Part shown: positions 30,995 through 40,601 of the stretch, piece by piece
Layout: each line of letters begins with the position of its first letter
Position numbering within the stretch: position 1 is the stretch's first letter
Virus record (IMG/VR): IMGVR_UViG_3300024999_000030
Location: 186,001-250,000 of that record
Length of the DNA: 64,000 nt
Strand: one strand, 5' to 3'
Notes under the pieces: generated by a model
The model's input: only the letters and a program-made list of their open reading frames with translations
What the model was told of the DNA's origin: nothing
The model's database searches: none
Program-made: the position numbers and the translations under genes

Positions 30995-31468
30995 TCCAAT
31001 TCAATTATCTAAACATTAAGGAGATTATATGACGCGAGTTACAAAAGCTTCAGTTGTAATTTCTTGGAACGGAAAAAATTATGCATCCGCTAAGCCCATT
31101 AGTATTTTTTCTAACTGGGGGCTTAATTGTTTTAAGAAGCTACCAGCACCAACTCAAGGTCTTTTAGTTAGGGCCCTTAATGATGGAGCTAGTAGTAAGT
31201 CAATTTGTTTGTCTTTAATTGCTGAATTTCCAAAAGATAAGGCCTTTCATTATAATGTTCACACCATCAACATGATTGCTGCGGGACTTAAGACTGTTGG
31301 AATCATGAATGATGTTCATCGTGCTCAGGGTCGAGTGGTGACGGCAAGAGTTGACAGTAATAATAGCAAGTCCTTCGATAGTCTTTTATCTGTAAAGTAG
31401 TATATAGACTCAGCATATCAGCGCTGAGTCGTTGATATGTTGAAGTGTATATACTAGGAGGATAAAAT

Positions 31469-31804
31469 ATGGAAAATTTTTCTTCATATATATATGAGCT
31501 TTATAGTGCTTCTAAGTCTTTTATTGAGGGTCCAAATGAAACAACTTGGAATGAACTTTCGTTAGCAACGGTCACGTGTCAGCTCTACAAATATAAAAAA
31601 GATAAAACTGAGGAATCCTATAAACATCATTGTGAGGATTGTCCTTTTTGGCCTATTTTACATTCACATAGTCATATTAATAATCCTGGGTGTCGTCACG
31701 ATTCCAGATCTAAATTACCAATAGCCGTTAGGTTAAGTAAAATTATAGAACTCATGGCTCTATTGGAAACTGAGTTTAGCTGGGTGGGTAAATATGGGAG
31801 ATGA
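31469..31804 (+). CDS. Four-Cys family paralogue 16
   Basis: SFIEGP...TCQL...CEDCPF...GCR...KIIELMALL. Confidence 0.8.
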   Translation: MENFSSYIYELYSASKSFIEGPNETTWNELSLATVTCQLYKYKKDKTEESYKHHCEDCPFWPILHSHSHINNPGCRHDSRSKLPIAVRLSKIIELMALLETEFSWVGKYGR

Positions 31805-32081
31805 AGGAAAAGTAGGACAAATGTATGACATGCGTACTATAAAACAACTTACAAATTTTATTAATCAACCTACTCAGGTAAATTGGGAAAAAATAAACTT
31901 TACTCATGATAGTTGCTATATATCTGACGAAGCTAATTGTTGTCATAATTGCCCATTTTTAAATTCATCAAATGGAGTTTGTTTAGCAATACATGGAAAT
32001 TTAGAAATAGGAAAAAAATTAGCATTGAGCATTGCGTTACGCGCAAAGCTGCAAGCTATTTGGGGTGAATATGAGCTATAG
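31794..32081 (+). CDS. Four-Cys family paralogue 17
   Basis: NFINQP...SCYI..CCHNCPF..VCL...LSIALRAKL. Confidence 0.8.
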   Translation: MGDEGKVGQMYDMRTIKQLTNFINQPTQVNWEKINFTHDSCYISDEANCCHNCPFLNSSNGVCLAIHGNLEIGKKLALSIALRAKLQAIWGEYEL

Positions 32082-32349
32082 CGGAAAATGGGGCAGAGAA
32101 TATGACATGCGCATAATGAAACAGCTTAAAATTTTTATTGATAAACCTACACAAAATAATTGGGAAAAAATACCCTTCACTTCCGATGGTTGCTATATAT
32201 CTATCGAAGCTGGATGTTGTCATGAATGCCCATTTGACAATGAAGAGAGTTGTAAAGCTGTAAAATCTGGATTAGACATTGGAAAAAGATTAGCATTAAG
32301 CATTGAATTACTTGCAAAATTACAAGTTGTTTGGGGTGAAGATGGGTAG
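32071..32349 (+). CDS. Four-Cys family paralogue 18 (recent duplicate of 17)
   Basis: IFIDKP...GCYI..CCHECPF..SCK...LSIELLAKL. Confidence 0.8.
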   Translation: MSYSGKWGREYDMRIMKQLKIFIDKPTQNNWEKIPFTSDGCYISIEAGCCHECPFDNEESCKAVKSGLDIGKRLALSIELLAKLQVVWGEDG

Positions 32350-32640
32350 ATTAGATGATATGATAAAAGCTTTACAAGATTTTATTCGTGATCCCAACAC
32401 ACAAAATTGGCTTAATATTAATAAAGTAAGGGTCGATGTTATTAGAGGCGGATGTTTTTTCTCTTATAGTGTCTCAACCAGCGATGAGTGTCGAGATTGT
32501 CCATATGGACGAAAAAATACAACAGACCCATTTTTTTGTACTTCAGCTCTTTGGAAAAAAAGGCGGAAGAAGGAAATACAGCTAGAAAATTACTTGGGGC
32601 AATAGAAATTTTGGCCAAACTAGAGGCCGTGAAAGGATAA
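32342..32640 (+). pseudogene. Four-Cys family paralogue 19, frameshifted at or near A7 run 32555..32561
   Basis: DFIRDP...GCF...CRDCPY...FCT; the -1 frame supplies the missing helix TARKLLGAIEILAKLE, stop at 32640. Confidence 0.8.
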
Positions 32641-33714
32641 CATGAAATATAAATCCAGTACCATCAATATTTTAATTTTTCTATCTTTTATTTCTCTTGG
32701 TGGAGCATGCTTCGTTTCACCCCCATTCAATCATCTTTTGCTCGCCGTGTCTTTAATTTGTTTATTTGTAGCCATAACCCTTCGTAATCATTATCCAGAA
32801 ATCAAAGAAGACAATGACGAAGATATGGTTGAATTCCAAGTAGATTTACCAGATGATCTTTATAATTTTTTGGATGAAGAGGCAAAGAAAAAAGGCATTA
32901 CAGCAGATGAATTCGCTAGTCAAATCGTTATTGATTATGTTAAATATCATTGTAACGAAGATGGTAGTTTAAAGGATGAAGCATGTCACAAGAAGTTTTA
33001 GAAAAATGGCTAAATCGACATAGAACATTAATGGCTGATATGGCTATTAAATTAACCGATGATGAGTATGGTATGGTTTTAGATGAATGTGAAAGACTAT
33101 GGACAATGCTTACTCAGGAAGAACAAAATGAGGCATTGAAAATAGTTAGTGATAGAATTAAAGAGAGTAGAAATTCTACCCCATTACCGATTGAAATGAA
33201 TGAAGGTGTCTCATGAATCGTCGCTATCGAAAAAAGAATTGTTTATATGAATATCAACGATTCTGTATAGTTTGGCAAGCTCCAGACGCAGAGTATGTTA
33301 AGTGGCGTACTAGATTTGTGCCTGCTAATCCAGCCAACATAGAAGCAGAACAAGATAGCGAAATTAAAGTATTTGGTGAGTTTCTAAATTTTCTAGAATC
33401 TTGTGATATGGGTCTGGGAGGTTGGGTAGGTAAAGCAGGAATACAAAAAACTCATCCTTATTCTAACCGTTTGATTTCTTGTACTCAAAAAGACTTAGAT
33501 CTTATTGTTGGATGGTTATGTTCCCATGAGGGGTGGGAAGGTCTATCTATTGGTTTATCGCTAGTGGACGATTGGTATCCCACTAACACTGATGAACCCT
33601 GGTCTCGAATGCGGCCAGATGGTACGGTTGATAGGTATGGGTGGTACAGAGGTGTTTTTAGAAAAAATAAAGAACGGCGAGTTATGAATGAGATTAAATT
33701 CACAGGAGGCGGTA

Positions 33715-34407
33715 ATGGCTGAAAGGAAAATTATAAGCAGTATTTTTAAATTAACTGATGCTATTGGTATCACTGAAACTCAAGGAGATAATGACACTGC
33801 CGTTGAATCTTCTGTGCCGGATTCTTTAGTTCCTGCTATAGAAGATGATAGCGACCACACTAACACGATTACAGCGACTTCGGTTTCAGGTGGAGACCCA
33901 AAAATTAAGAAACAAATCTTGGATGAGTTAGCCAAATCTGAGCCCTCTGCATATACAGCATTTGCCTCGATGATGTCTGAGTTGGCAGAGGATGTGCCTG
34001 AGGAATCCAGGAGAGCTAAGATTGTATTTAAAAGCCTTAAAGCACAAGGTATTAAATTAACCGATGTTCTTAGTGCTTTTGAAGACAAGCTTGCTTCGGT
34101 TGATGAATACGAATCGGCTTTCAAAGCAAATGTCAAGAGCAGAACTGAAACAGATGTATCTGCTCATGAAAAAGAAGCGGCTAAAACCGAAAAATTAATT
34201 TCAGATAAGGAAACAGAAATTGAACAATTAAGGGAGGAAATTAATACACTAAATGATGTCCGCGCCAAACATCTGGAAACAGCTAAGAGCGCTATTCAAA
34301 AAATTAACATCGCTACAAAACGGGTTGCCAGTGAACTTAGTTCTATTCGTGGTTCCATTCGTAAAGAAAAGGACATGGTGTCCGACTTAACCAAGGAGGG
34401 TAAATAA
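33715..34407 (+). CDS. Acidic helical/coiled-coil protein, first gene of ABC-associated operon
   Basis: AGGAGG SD; long heptad C-terminus; translationally coupled (TAATG) to the next gene. Confidence 0.6.
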   Translation: MAERKIISSIFKLTDAIGITETQGDNDTAVESSVPDSLVPAIEDDSDHTNTITATSVSGGDPKIKKQILDELAKSEPSAYTAFASMMSELAEDVPEESRRAKIVFKSLKAQGIKLTDVLSAFEDKLASVDEYESAFKANVKSRTETDVSAHEKEAAKTEKLISDKETEIEQLREEINTLNDVRAKHLETAKSAIQKINIATKRVASELSSIRGSIRKEKDMVSDLTKEGK

Positions 34408-35525
34408 TGGATACGACAAACGGTTTAGATAGTTTTATGCAAGACCCCAAGGGAGCTATTAAAAGCTTTTGGGATAAACCAGAGGGCGCGGCTGGCAAAG
34501 TGGCTATGGTTGGTTTGCTAGTTTTGTTTGGTCTCGGTATTTATAAAGCGCTCCCTTATATTGTTCTTGGCTTACAAAGCGCCCTCACTGCCACTTTACT
34601 TGGGGTTGGCCTTTTTGGTATTCTGTATGTGATTTTAAATAAACAATTCCAAACGGCAGTTTGGTATCTTTTCCAGATTGCCATGAAGAAGTTTACGGGC
34701 TTTATTATTGAATTGGACCCCATCAATATTCTCAAGAGTTATCTTGAAAGCCTTAAGCGTTCCTTGGGCGATATGGAACGAAGCATCAGCAAGCTCAATG
34801 GACAGATCCGGTCCCTTGATCAAATCATTCACAAGAATGAAGAGGATCGTAAAGAGAGCTTATCTATTGCCGGTAAAGCCCGAGAGACCGGTAAGAAGCA
34901 GGCCTTGGTTTTAAATGCTAGGAGGGCAGGGCGGCTTCAGAAATCCAATTTTACTTTACAAGTTCTACGAGATAAGTTATCAAAGCTTTTGACTGTTTTG
35001 GAAAAAATGTATGAAGTTTCTGAATTTCTTTATCAAGACACCGCCGATGAGGTTAAAGTTCAATCTCAACAATATGAAGCTACTAAAACCGCATGGTCTG
35101 CTTTTAAGTCTGCCCTAAGTGTAATTAAGGGTGATCCAGATAAACGAGCTATGTTTGATCAGACCATGGAATATATGGCTGATGATTTTGCCATGAAGAT
35201 TGGTGAGATTGAAGAATTCATGAAAATGAGTTCTGGGGTAATCGAAGGCGTAGATTTGCAAAATATGGTTTATGAAGAAGACGCTCTTAATGAACTCGAC
35301 ATGTGGTCTCAAAAAGCTGATAGCCTTCTTCTTTCTCCTGGTGAAAAACAGGAACTTATGCGACCCAGCTCTATGTATGATCCCGAAGTTCTAAAAGCTA
35401 GAAAAAATAATAGCACTGATTCTGTGTTGGAAGCTGCGTCAAAACAACCCGCTACCCCCGCTGTCTCTAGACATGAGAAAAAATCTTTGGAAGACTTTGA
35501 CTCGTTTTTTGATTCATCTAAATAA
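34407..35525 (+). CDS. Membrane-anchored long coiled-coil protein (PspA/IM30-like)
   Basis: Two N-terminal hydrophobic helices followed by long amphipathic helices. The PspA resemblance is inference. Confidence 0.5.
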   Translation: MDTTNGLDSFMQDPKGAIKSFWDKPEGAAGKVAMVGLLVLFGLGIYKALPYIVLGLQSALTATLLGVGLFGILYVILNKQFQTAVWYLFQIAMKKFTGFIIELDPINILKSYLESLKRSLGDMERSISKLNGQIRSLDQIIHKNEEDRKESLSIAGKARETGKKQALVLNARRAGRLQKSNFTLQVLRDKLSKLLTVLEKMYEVSEFLYQDTADEVKVQSQQYEATKTAWSAFKSALSVIKGDPDKRAMFDQTMEYMADDFAMKIGEIEEFMKMSSGVIEGVDLQNMVYEEDALNELDMWSQKADSLLLSPGEKQELMRPSSMYDPEVLKARKNNSTDSVLEAASKQPATPAVSRHEKKSLEDFDSFFDSSK

Positions 35526-35546
35526 CTAACGCAAGGAGGAAAAGAA

Positions 35547-37079
35547 ATGGAACGTAAAGTAAAAACTGGTCCAAAAATTATTGGTCTCGCTTTACTTGTT
35601 ATTGGCCTTATCTTCGGTGGAAAGTGGGTGTTGAACAACACTAATATTATTCCGAAGGGATCTAGTGGTACAAGCAAATCTTTCTTTAAACACGCTAAGG
35701 AACCTCTTAAGGTTTGTGTGGTTACCTGGGGAGGTTATGCTGGTGGTCAGTATTATAATCGTGGTTTCAAACCGAATGACGACTCTCAGTATCTGAAGAA
35801 GTATGATCTTCCTGTAGAGTTTGTTGTTATCGACGATTATAACGCATCCAGAGAGGCGTGGAAGGCCGATGCAGTCCAGGTGCTGTGGACTACTGCTGAC
35901 TCGTTTCCGACCGAAGCTGGGGCACTACAGCGCGCCGGATACAAACCTAAAATCATTTTTCAGTCTGACTGGTCCCGTGGTGGAGATGTCATTGTTAGTA
36001 CCCGAGTTATTAACTCCATTCAGGATCTCAAGGGTAAGCGAGTTAGTGTTGCTTTCGGCACCCCATCCCACACCTTCCTGCTGCGTTCGTTAGAGGCGGT
36101 AGGTATGACGGTTAAAGACCTCAAACTTATTGAGGTTCCGTCTGCTGTTGATTCTGCCACGGCCTTTAAGGCTGGACAGGTTGAGGCGGCGGTGGTGTGG
36201 TCCCCTGACGATGAAGACTGCATTAGTAAGGTTTCAGGAGCTAAGGCTCTCGCTTCCACTAAACAAGCTACCCATATCATCGCCGATGTTTTCTATGCTA
36301 AGGAAGAAATTATTGAGAAGCGTAGAGACGACATCAAGGCTTTGGTAGAAGGTTGGATGATTGGTGCGGCGGAAGTTAACTCTAGCCCCACTGCCCGCTC
36401 TCAGGCTGTTAAGATTCTGGCCGAGGGTTTGAATCAACCTGATGGTTTCATTGATCAGGCAATTAACAATGTTCGCTTAAACACCTACGGAGACAATGTG
36501 AACTTCTTTAATCTTCGTGGAAGTTTTACTGGTGTAACTGGCGAACAGCTTTATCTTGAGACCGGTAGATTGTATCAGGAAAATACCAACCTGGTTCCAG
36601 ATGGTATGCCTTCCTGGAGAGTTATTAGCGATGCCAGTATTCTTCGTGATATCAATCTCACTGGCGTTAATGATGGTGCTGAATCTGACTTTAAGTTCTC
36701 TCAGCCCACCAAGTCTCTTGAAACCGCTCCAGCTCTTAGCACTAAGCGTTTATCTGTGAGCTTCGCCACGGGCTCAGCCTCTCTCGATGCCAACGCTAAG
36801 ACGATTATTGACCTTGGGTTTGTTCCCACGGCTAAGTCGTTTGCTAGTGCCCGCATCAGAATCGAAGGTAACACAGATAGTACGGGTAGTGCCTCGACCA
36901 ACGAGCGTCTTTCCTATCTTCGCGCTAAAGCTGTTGCTGGATATCTTTCCGAGCAGTATGGATTTGACAGCAATCGTTTCGTCATCGTTGGTAATGGTCC
37001 CAATAAACCAATAGCTGACAATGACACCGAAGAGGGCCGTTCTGCTAATCGTCGCACCGATTTTGAGTTGGTGCGGTAA
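35547..37079 (+). CDS. ABC substrate-binding (SsuA/NMT1-THI5-like) - OmpA C-terminal fusion
   Basis: N-terminal TM anchor; DLKGKRV..AFGTPSH..L; C-terminal FATGSASL..IEGNTDSTG..NERLSYLRAKAV..NRRTDF OmpA motifs. Confidence 0.88.
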   Translation: MERKVKTGPKIIGLALLVIGLIFGGKWVLNNTNIIPKGSSGTSKSFFKHAKEPLKVCVVTWGGYAGGQYYNRGFKPNDDSQYLKKYDLPVEFVVIDDYNASREAWKADAVQVLWTTADSFPTEAGALQRAGYKPKIIFQSDWSRGGDVIVSTRVINSIQDLKGKRVSVAFGTPSHTFLLRSLEAVGMTVKDLKLIEVPSAVDSATAFKAGQVEAAVVWSPDDEDCISKVSGAKALASTKQATHIIADVFYAKEEIIEKRRDDIKALVEGWMIGAAEVNSSPTARSQAVKILAEGLNQPDGFIDQAINNVRLNTYGDNVNFFNLRGSFTGVTGEQLYLETGRLYQENTNLVPDGMPSWRVISDASILRDINLTGVNDGAESDFKFSQPTKSLETAPALSTKRLSVSFATGSASLDANAKTIIDLGFVPTAKSFASARIRIEGNTDSTGSASTNERLSYLRAKAVAGYLSEQYGFDSNRFVIVGNGPNKPIADNDTEEGRSANRRTDFELVR

Positions 37080-37129
37080 ACTAAATTTTATAATGGGGGC
37101 CCATATTGGGCCCCCTCTATGGAGGTCAT

Positions 37130-37759
37130 ATGAAAAAGTTTCTGATTACTATGGCGTTGTCGATTTTCTGTGTTACAAACTGGGCCACTTTTACTGGGCT
37201 CACACTTATTCCTACTAGTGATTACATTGGTAAGGATGTGTGGTCTATTGGTGGGCAGGCCTGCTATACTAAGTTCCACACCGATCAGTTTCTTATTACT
37301 GAGTTTGGTTTGGGAGATAGATGTGAAGTGGGGTTTGACTTCTACGCCAATCCACAACAAGTTGAGCATCGTGAATATTTTAACTTTAAATACATGGTGC
37401 TTAAAAGCGACAGCCATAAGTTTTTTGTCAGCGTTGGGTTTTACAACATGATGGTTACTGGAAATTCCGTTCCGTTTCTTGTGGCCACTAAGGACTTGGG
37501 TTTGATTAGAGTCCACGGTGGGGTTCAATATGAAGGACTAACGGACACTAAAAGTAATTGTATGATTGGCATTGATCGTATATTTACTAATGGTTGACAA
37601 GTGTCTGCCGATTATACACATGGTCAACAGAACTTTTCTTCAATCGGCGTTGGTCGTATTGGTAAGCGTTGGCAAACTTTTGCTGGTGCCATGTATCCTA
37701 ATGCTGGCGGGCGGCCCCTTGTTATGTTGAGGATAATTTTTACTGGCAAGGGGAAGTAA
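37130..37759 (+). pseudogene. Signal-peptide protein, beta-strand rich (possible outer-membrane barrel), with in-frame TGA at 37595
   Basis: The frame continues past TGA as NG*QVSADYTHGQQNFSSIGV...LRIIFTGKGK to TAA 37759. Confidence 0.55.
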
Positions 37760-37983
37760 ATGTTTGAAATTTTAATCAGGGGTTTTAAAACTAAAGCACA
37801 AGCAGAGGCATTTTATAGCTGGTATGAAGGACAAGGAGAACAAGACGCTTGTATATGGTTTGAGTGTAGAAAAGAAGAAGGCGACATAGATGTTGATTCT
37901 ATGTTGACTGATGTCAATGTTGGGAATAAGTGGGTAGGAGATTGTTTGACCTTTGAAGTAACCCCTAATTAAACGGAGATCGC

Positions 37984-38781
37984 ATGGATAGTTTGTTTAC
38001 TTTGCGTGGAACACTGTCCAATAGAAATAAACTCATCGTAGAAATTCTTGGAGCAATGTTACTACTTGTTATTTGGTGGACGGTAGTTAGTACTGGACTT
38101 GTTCGTTCCAGCATTCTTCCTTCCCCAGTAAGCGTTATTACTTCCGTGCCAGAGTTGCATTATCAAGACGCTCTTATTATGAATTGTTTGTATTCCCTAA
38201 AACTTAATATTATGGGATACATCGAAGCAATTCTCATTGCTATTCCCCTTGGGTTTTTTATTGGTCTCATTCCAGTATGTAGGGGAATGACAGAGAGATA
38301 TATTACCGCCTTGAGATACCTTCCACTCACTGCCGTCATTGGCTTATTTATTCTGTGGTTTGGTATCGGCGATGCGATGAAGATTCAATTTTTAACTCTG
38401 GGAATTGTTGTGTATTTATTACCAGTAGTAGTGCAAAGAATCGATGAAGTCCAGCAAGTTTATCTGGACACCATTAAAACTTTAGGAGCTACTAACTGGC
38501 AAACAATTTTTAGGGTTTATATTCCCAGCGTTGTTTCTAGGATATCGGATGATATCCGTGTGCTTGTTGCTATCTCTTGGACTTATATTATCATTGCTGA
38601 AGTAGTGAACAAACAGGACGGTGGCATCGGGGCTCTTATTTTTACAGTAGCGAGACAAAGTAGGGTAGATAAGGTGTTTGCCCTTTTGGCTGTTATTATT
38701 GTAATTGGATTCACTCAAGATAAGTTATTCATGTGGTTAGATAAAATTGCGTTTCCATTTAAATATAAAGGAGGTCGATAA
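37984..38781 (+). CDS. ABC transporter permease (SsuC/TauC-like)
   Basis: About 6 TM helices; EAA-like loop (TIKTLGATNWQTIFRVYIP); IVAE-like IIAE motif. Confidence 0.9.
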   Translation: MDSLFTLRGTLSNRNKLIVEILGAMLLLVIWWTVVSTGLVRSSILPSPVSVITSVPELHYQDALIMNCLYSLKLNIMGYIEAILIAIPLGFFIGLIPVCRGMTERYITALRYLPLTAVIGLFILWFGIGDAMKIQFLTLGIVVYLLPVVVQRIDEVQQVYLDTIKTLGATNWQTIFRVYIPSVVSRISDDIRVLVAISWTYIIIAEVVNKQDGGIGALIFTVARQSRVDKVFALLAVIIVIGFTQDKLFMWLDKIAFPFKYKGGR

Positions 38782-39647
38782 TGGCACGTAGCGTTGGAGA
38801 AGAAATCATCGAGGCCGCCATTAATAATACCTCCGATGGTGTTACTTTTGAGAACACCAAATACCCAGACATAATTGAGTTAAAAGATATCTGCCAGACT
38901 TATGATGGCGGAAAAAATTACACTATTAAGAACTGCAATTTACTTATTGAAAACAAACCGGATCAGGGACAGTTTGTGGTACTACTCGGTATGTCTGGAT
39001 GTGGTAAATCCACATTGTTAAAATATATTGCTGGCCTACAGCAGCCCACATCTGGACAAGTTTTAATTGGTGGAAAACTTCGTTCCGATAAAGATATTGT
39101 CAGTATGGTATTCCAACAATATTCTTCTTTCCCATGGCTCTCTGTGCTTAAAAATGTGATGTTACCCCTAGAGCTTAAGGGCGTATCATCTAAAGAGTGC
39201 AGAGATAAGGCTATGGAAATGTTAAAACTTGTTGGGCTTGTGGAACACAAAGACAAATATGCAATGTATGGACCGTTATCCGGCGGTCAGTTACAGCGCG
39301 TTGCTATTGCCCGTAGTCTTGTTTCCAACCCTAACATCATTTTAATGGACGAGCCCTTTGGTGCTCTTGATGGGGTAACTCGTTATCAAATGCAAGTTCT
39401 TTTATCAAAGATTTGGGAGGCTCTTAAGTCAACCATTATTTTTGTTACTCATGACATTAGAGAGGCTGTATTTTTGGGAGATGATATTTATATTATGGCT
39501 CCTCATGGTGGTAAAATTCTTAAGCATTTCTTTGTAAATTTACCACTACATCGAGATTTAGATATCATGCAGGATCCAATCTTTATTGAGACCGTTCGCC
39601 AGATTGATATAGAAATGAGATCTGCTGCAGAAAAATATTTGAAATAG
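38781..39647 (+). CDS. ABC transporter ATP-binding subunit (SsuB/TauB-like)
   Basis: GMSGCGKST, MVFQ, LSGGQLQR, LMDEPFGALD, VTHD. Confidence 0.95.
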   Translation: MARSVGEEIIEAAINNTSDGVTFENTKYPDIIELKDICQTYDGGKNYTIKNCNLLIENKPDQGQFVVLLGMSGCGKSTLLKYIAGLQQPTSGQVLIGGKLRSDKDIVSMVFQQYSSFPWLSVLKNVMLPLELKGVSSKECRDKAMEMLKLVGLVEHKDKYAMYGPLSGGQLQRVAIARSLVSNPNIILMDEPFGALDGVTRYQMQVLLSKIWEALKSTIIFVTHDIREAVFLGDDIYIMAPHGGKILKHFFVNLPLHRDLDIMQDPIFIETVRQIDIEMRSAAEKYLK

Positions 39648-39782
39648 AGTAACAATGGAATTAAATCATGTATAAGCCTTACATACCAGAGCGTGACAAA
39701 AACATCAAGCTTTATAATGATGGGCATTCCTGTCATTTGAAACCATTACCTCTCGACATGGAGGAGAAAGAGAAGGAACGAA

Positions 39783-40601
39783 ATGTTCTTCACCGACTAT
39801 GGACAAATATTAGAAAGCTCATTTCCCTGCGGAGAGAAAAATGTTAATGATTTTAAAGTCATGGGACATTCACTTTTGGCAGCGAGTAACATCAAATGGA
39901 AGTGGGAATCTGATTCAGAACTAATCACGCTCATGTTGATAAAAAAGCTCTATCCAAATATTTTAACTCTTACAATTTTTTACCTCCCATATGGAAGAGC
40001 TGACAGGAACGAAAAAGGTGGAAGTTCGTGCTCGCTAAGATATGTCGGAGATTTTATTCAATCACTTGGATTCGAGAAAATTACAGTTCTCGATCCCCAT
40101 TCCGATTTATCGATTGCATACCTTGGCGAATCTGCGTGCTCATATTATCCAAAATCTGAACTGCTTACAGGGCTTGGCGTTAACTACACGCCAAAAAATT
40201 CAGTAGTAATGTTTCCTGATTCTGGAGCACAAAAGCGTTATGGCAAAGCCTGGTATGGATATCTGCATGTCTTAGGTTCAAAGACCAGGGATTTTCGAGA
40301 CGGTAAGCTCACTGGTTATTCTATCGCGGATGGGGTTCCAGCAGAAGGCAAGCATGTTATTATAGTTGACGACATTTGTTCGTATGGTGGTACATTTATA
40401 CTTGCCTCAAACGCTATCAGAAAATTCAATCCGTTGTCAGTGGCACTTGTTGTAACTCACTGTGAAGACAGCATTTTCAATGGTGATGTTTTAAAGGCTG
40501 GTAGCCCAATCGATCTTGTCGTCACAACAAATTCCCTAATTACTAAAGAGGGATCTTCTAAACTTAAAATCGTAGATGTTATAAAAACAGGAGGGAACTA
40601 A
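39783..40601 (+). CDS. Ribose-phosphate pyrophosphokinase-like protein (putative Adps of NARP1)
   Basis: FPCGE, YLPYGRADR, DPHS, FPDSGAQKRY, IVDDICSYGGTF; adjacent to the NAMPT-like gene. Confidence 0.85.
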   Translation: MFFTDYGQILESSFPCGEKNVNDFKVMGHSLLAASNIKWKWESDSELITLMLIKKLYPNILTLTIFYLPYGRADRNEKGGSSCSLRYVGDFIQSLGFEKITVLDPHSDLSIAYLGESACSYYPKSELLTGLGVNYTPKNSVVMFPDSGAQKRYGKAWYGYLHVLGSKTRDFRDGKLTGYSIADGVPAEGKHVIIVDDICSYGGTFILASNAIRKFNPLSVALVVTHCEDSIFNGDVLKAGSPIDLVVTTNSLITKEGSSKLKIVDVIKTGGN

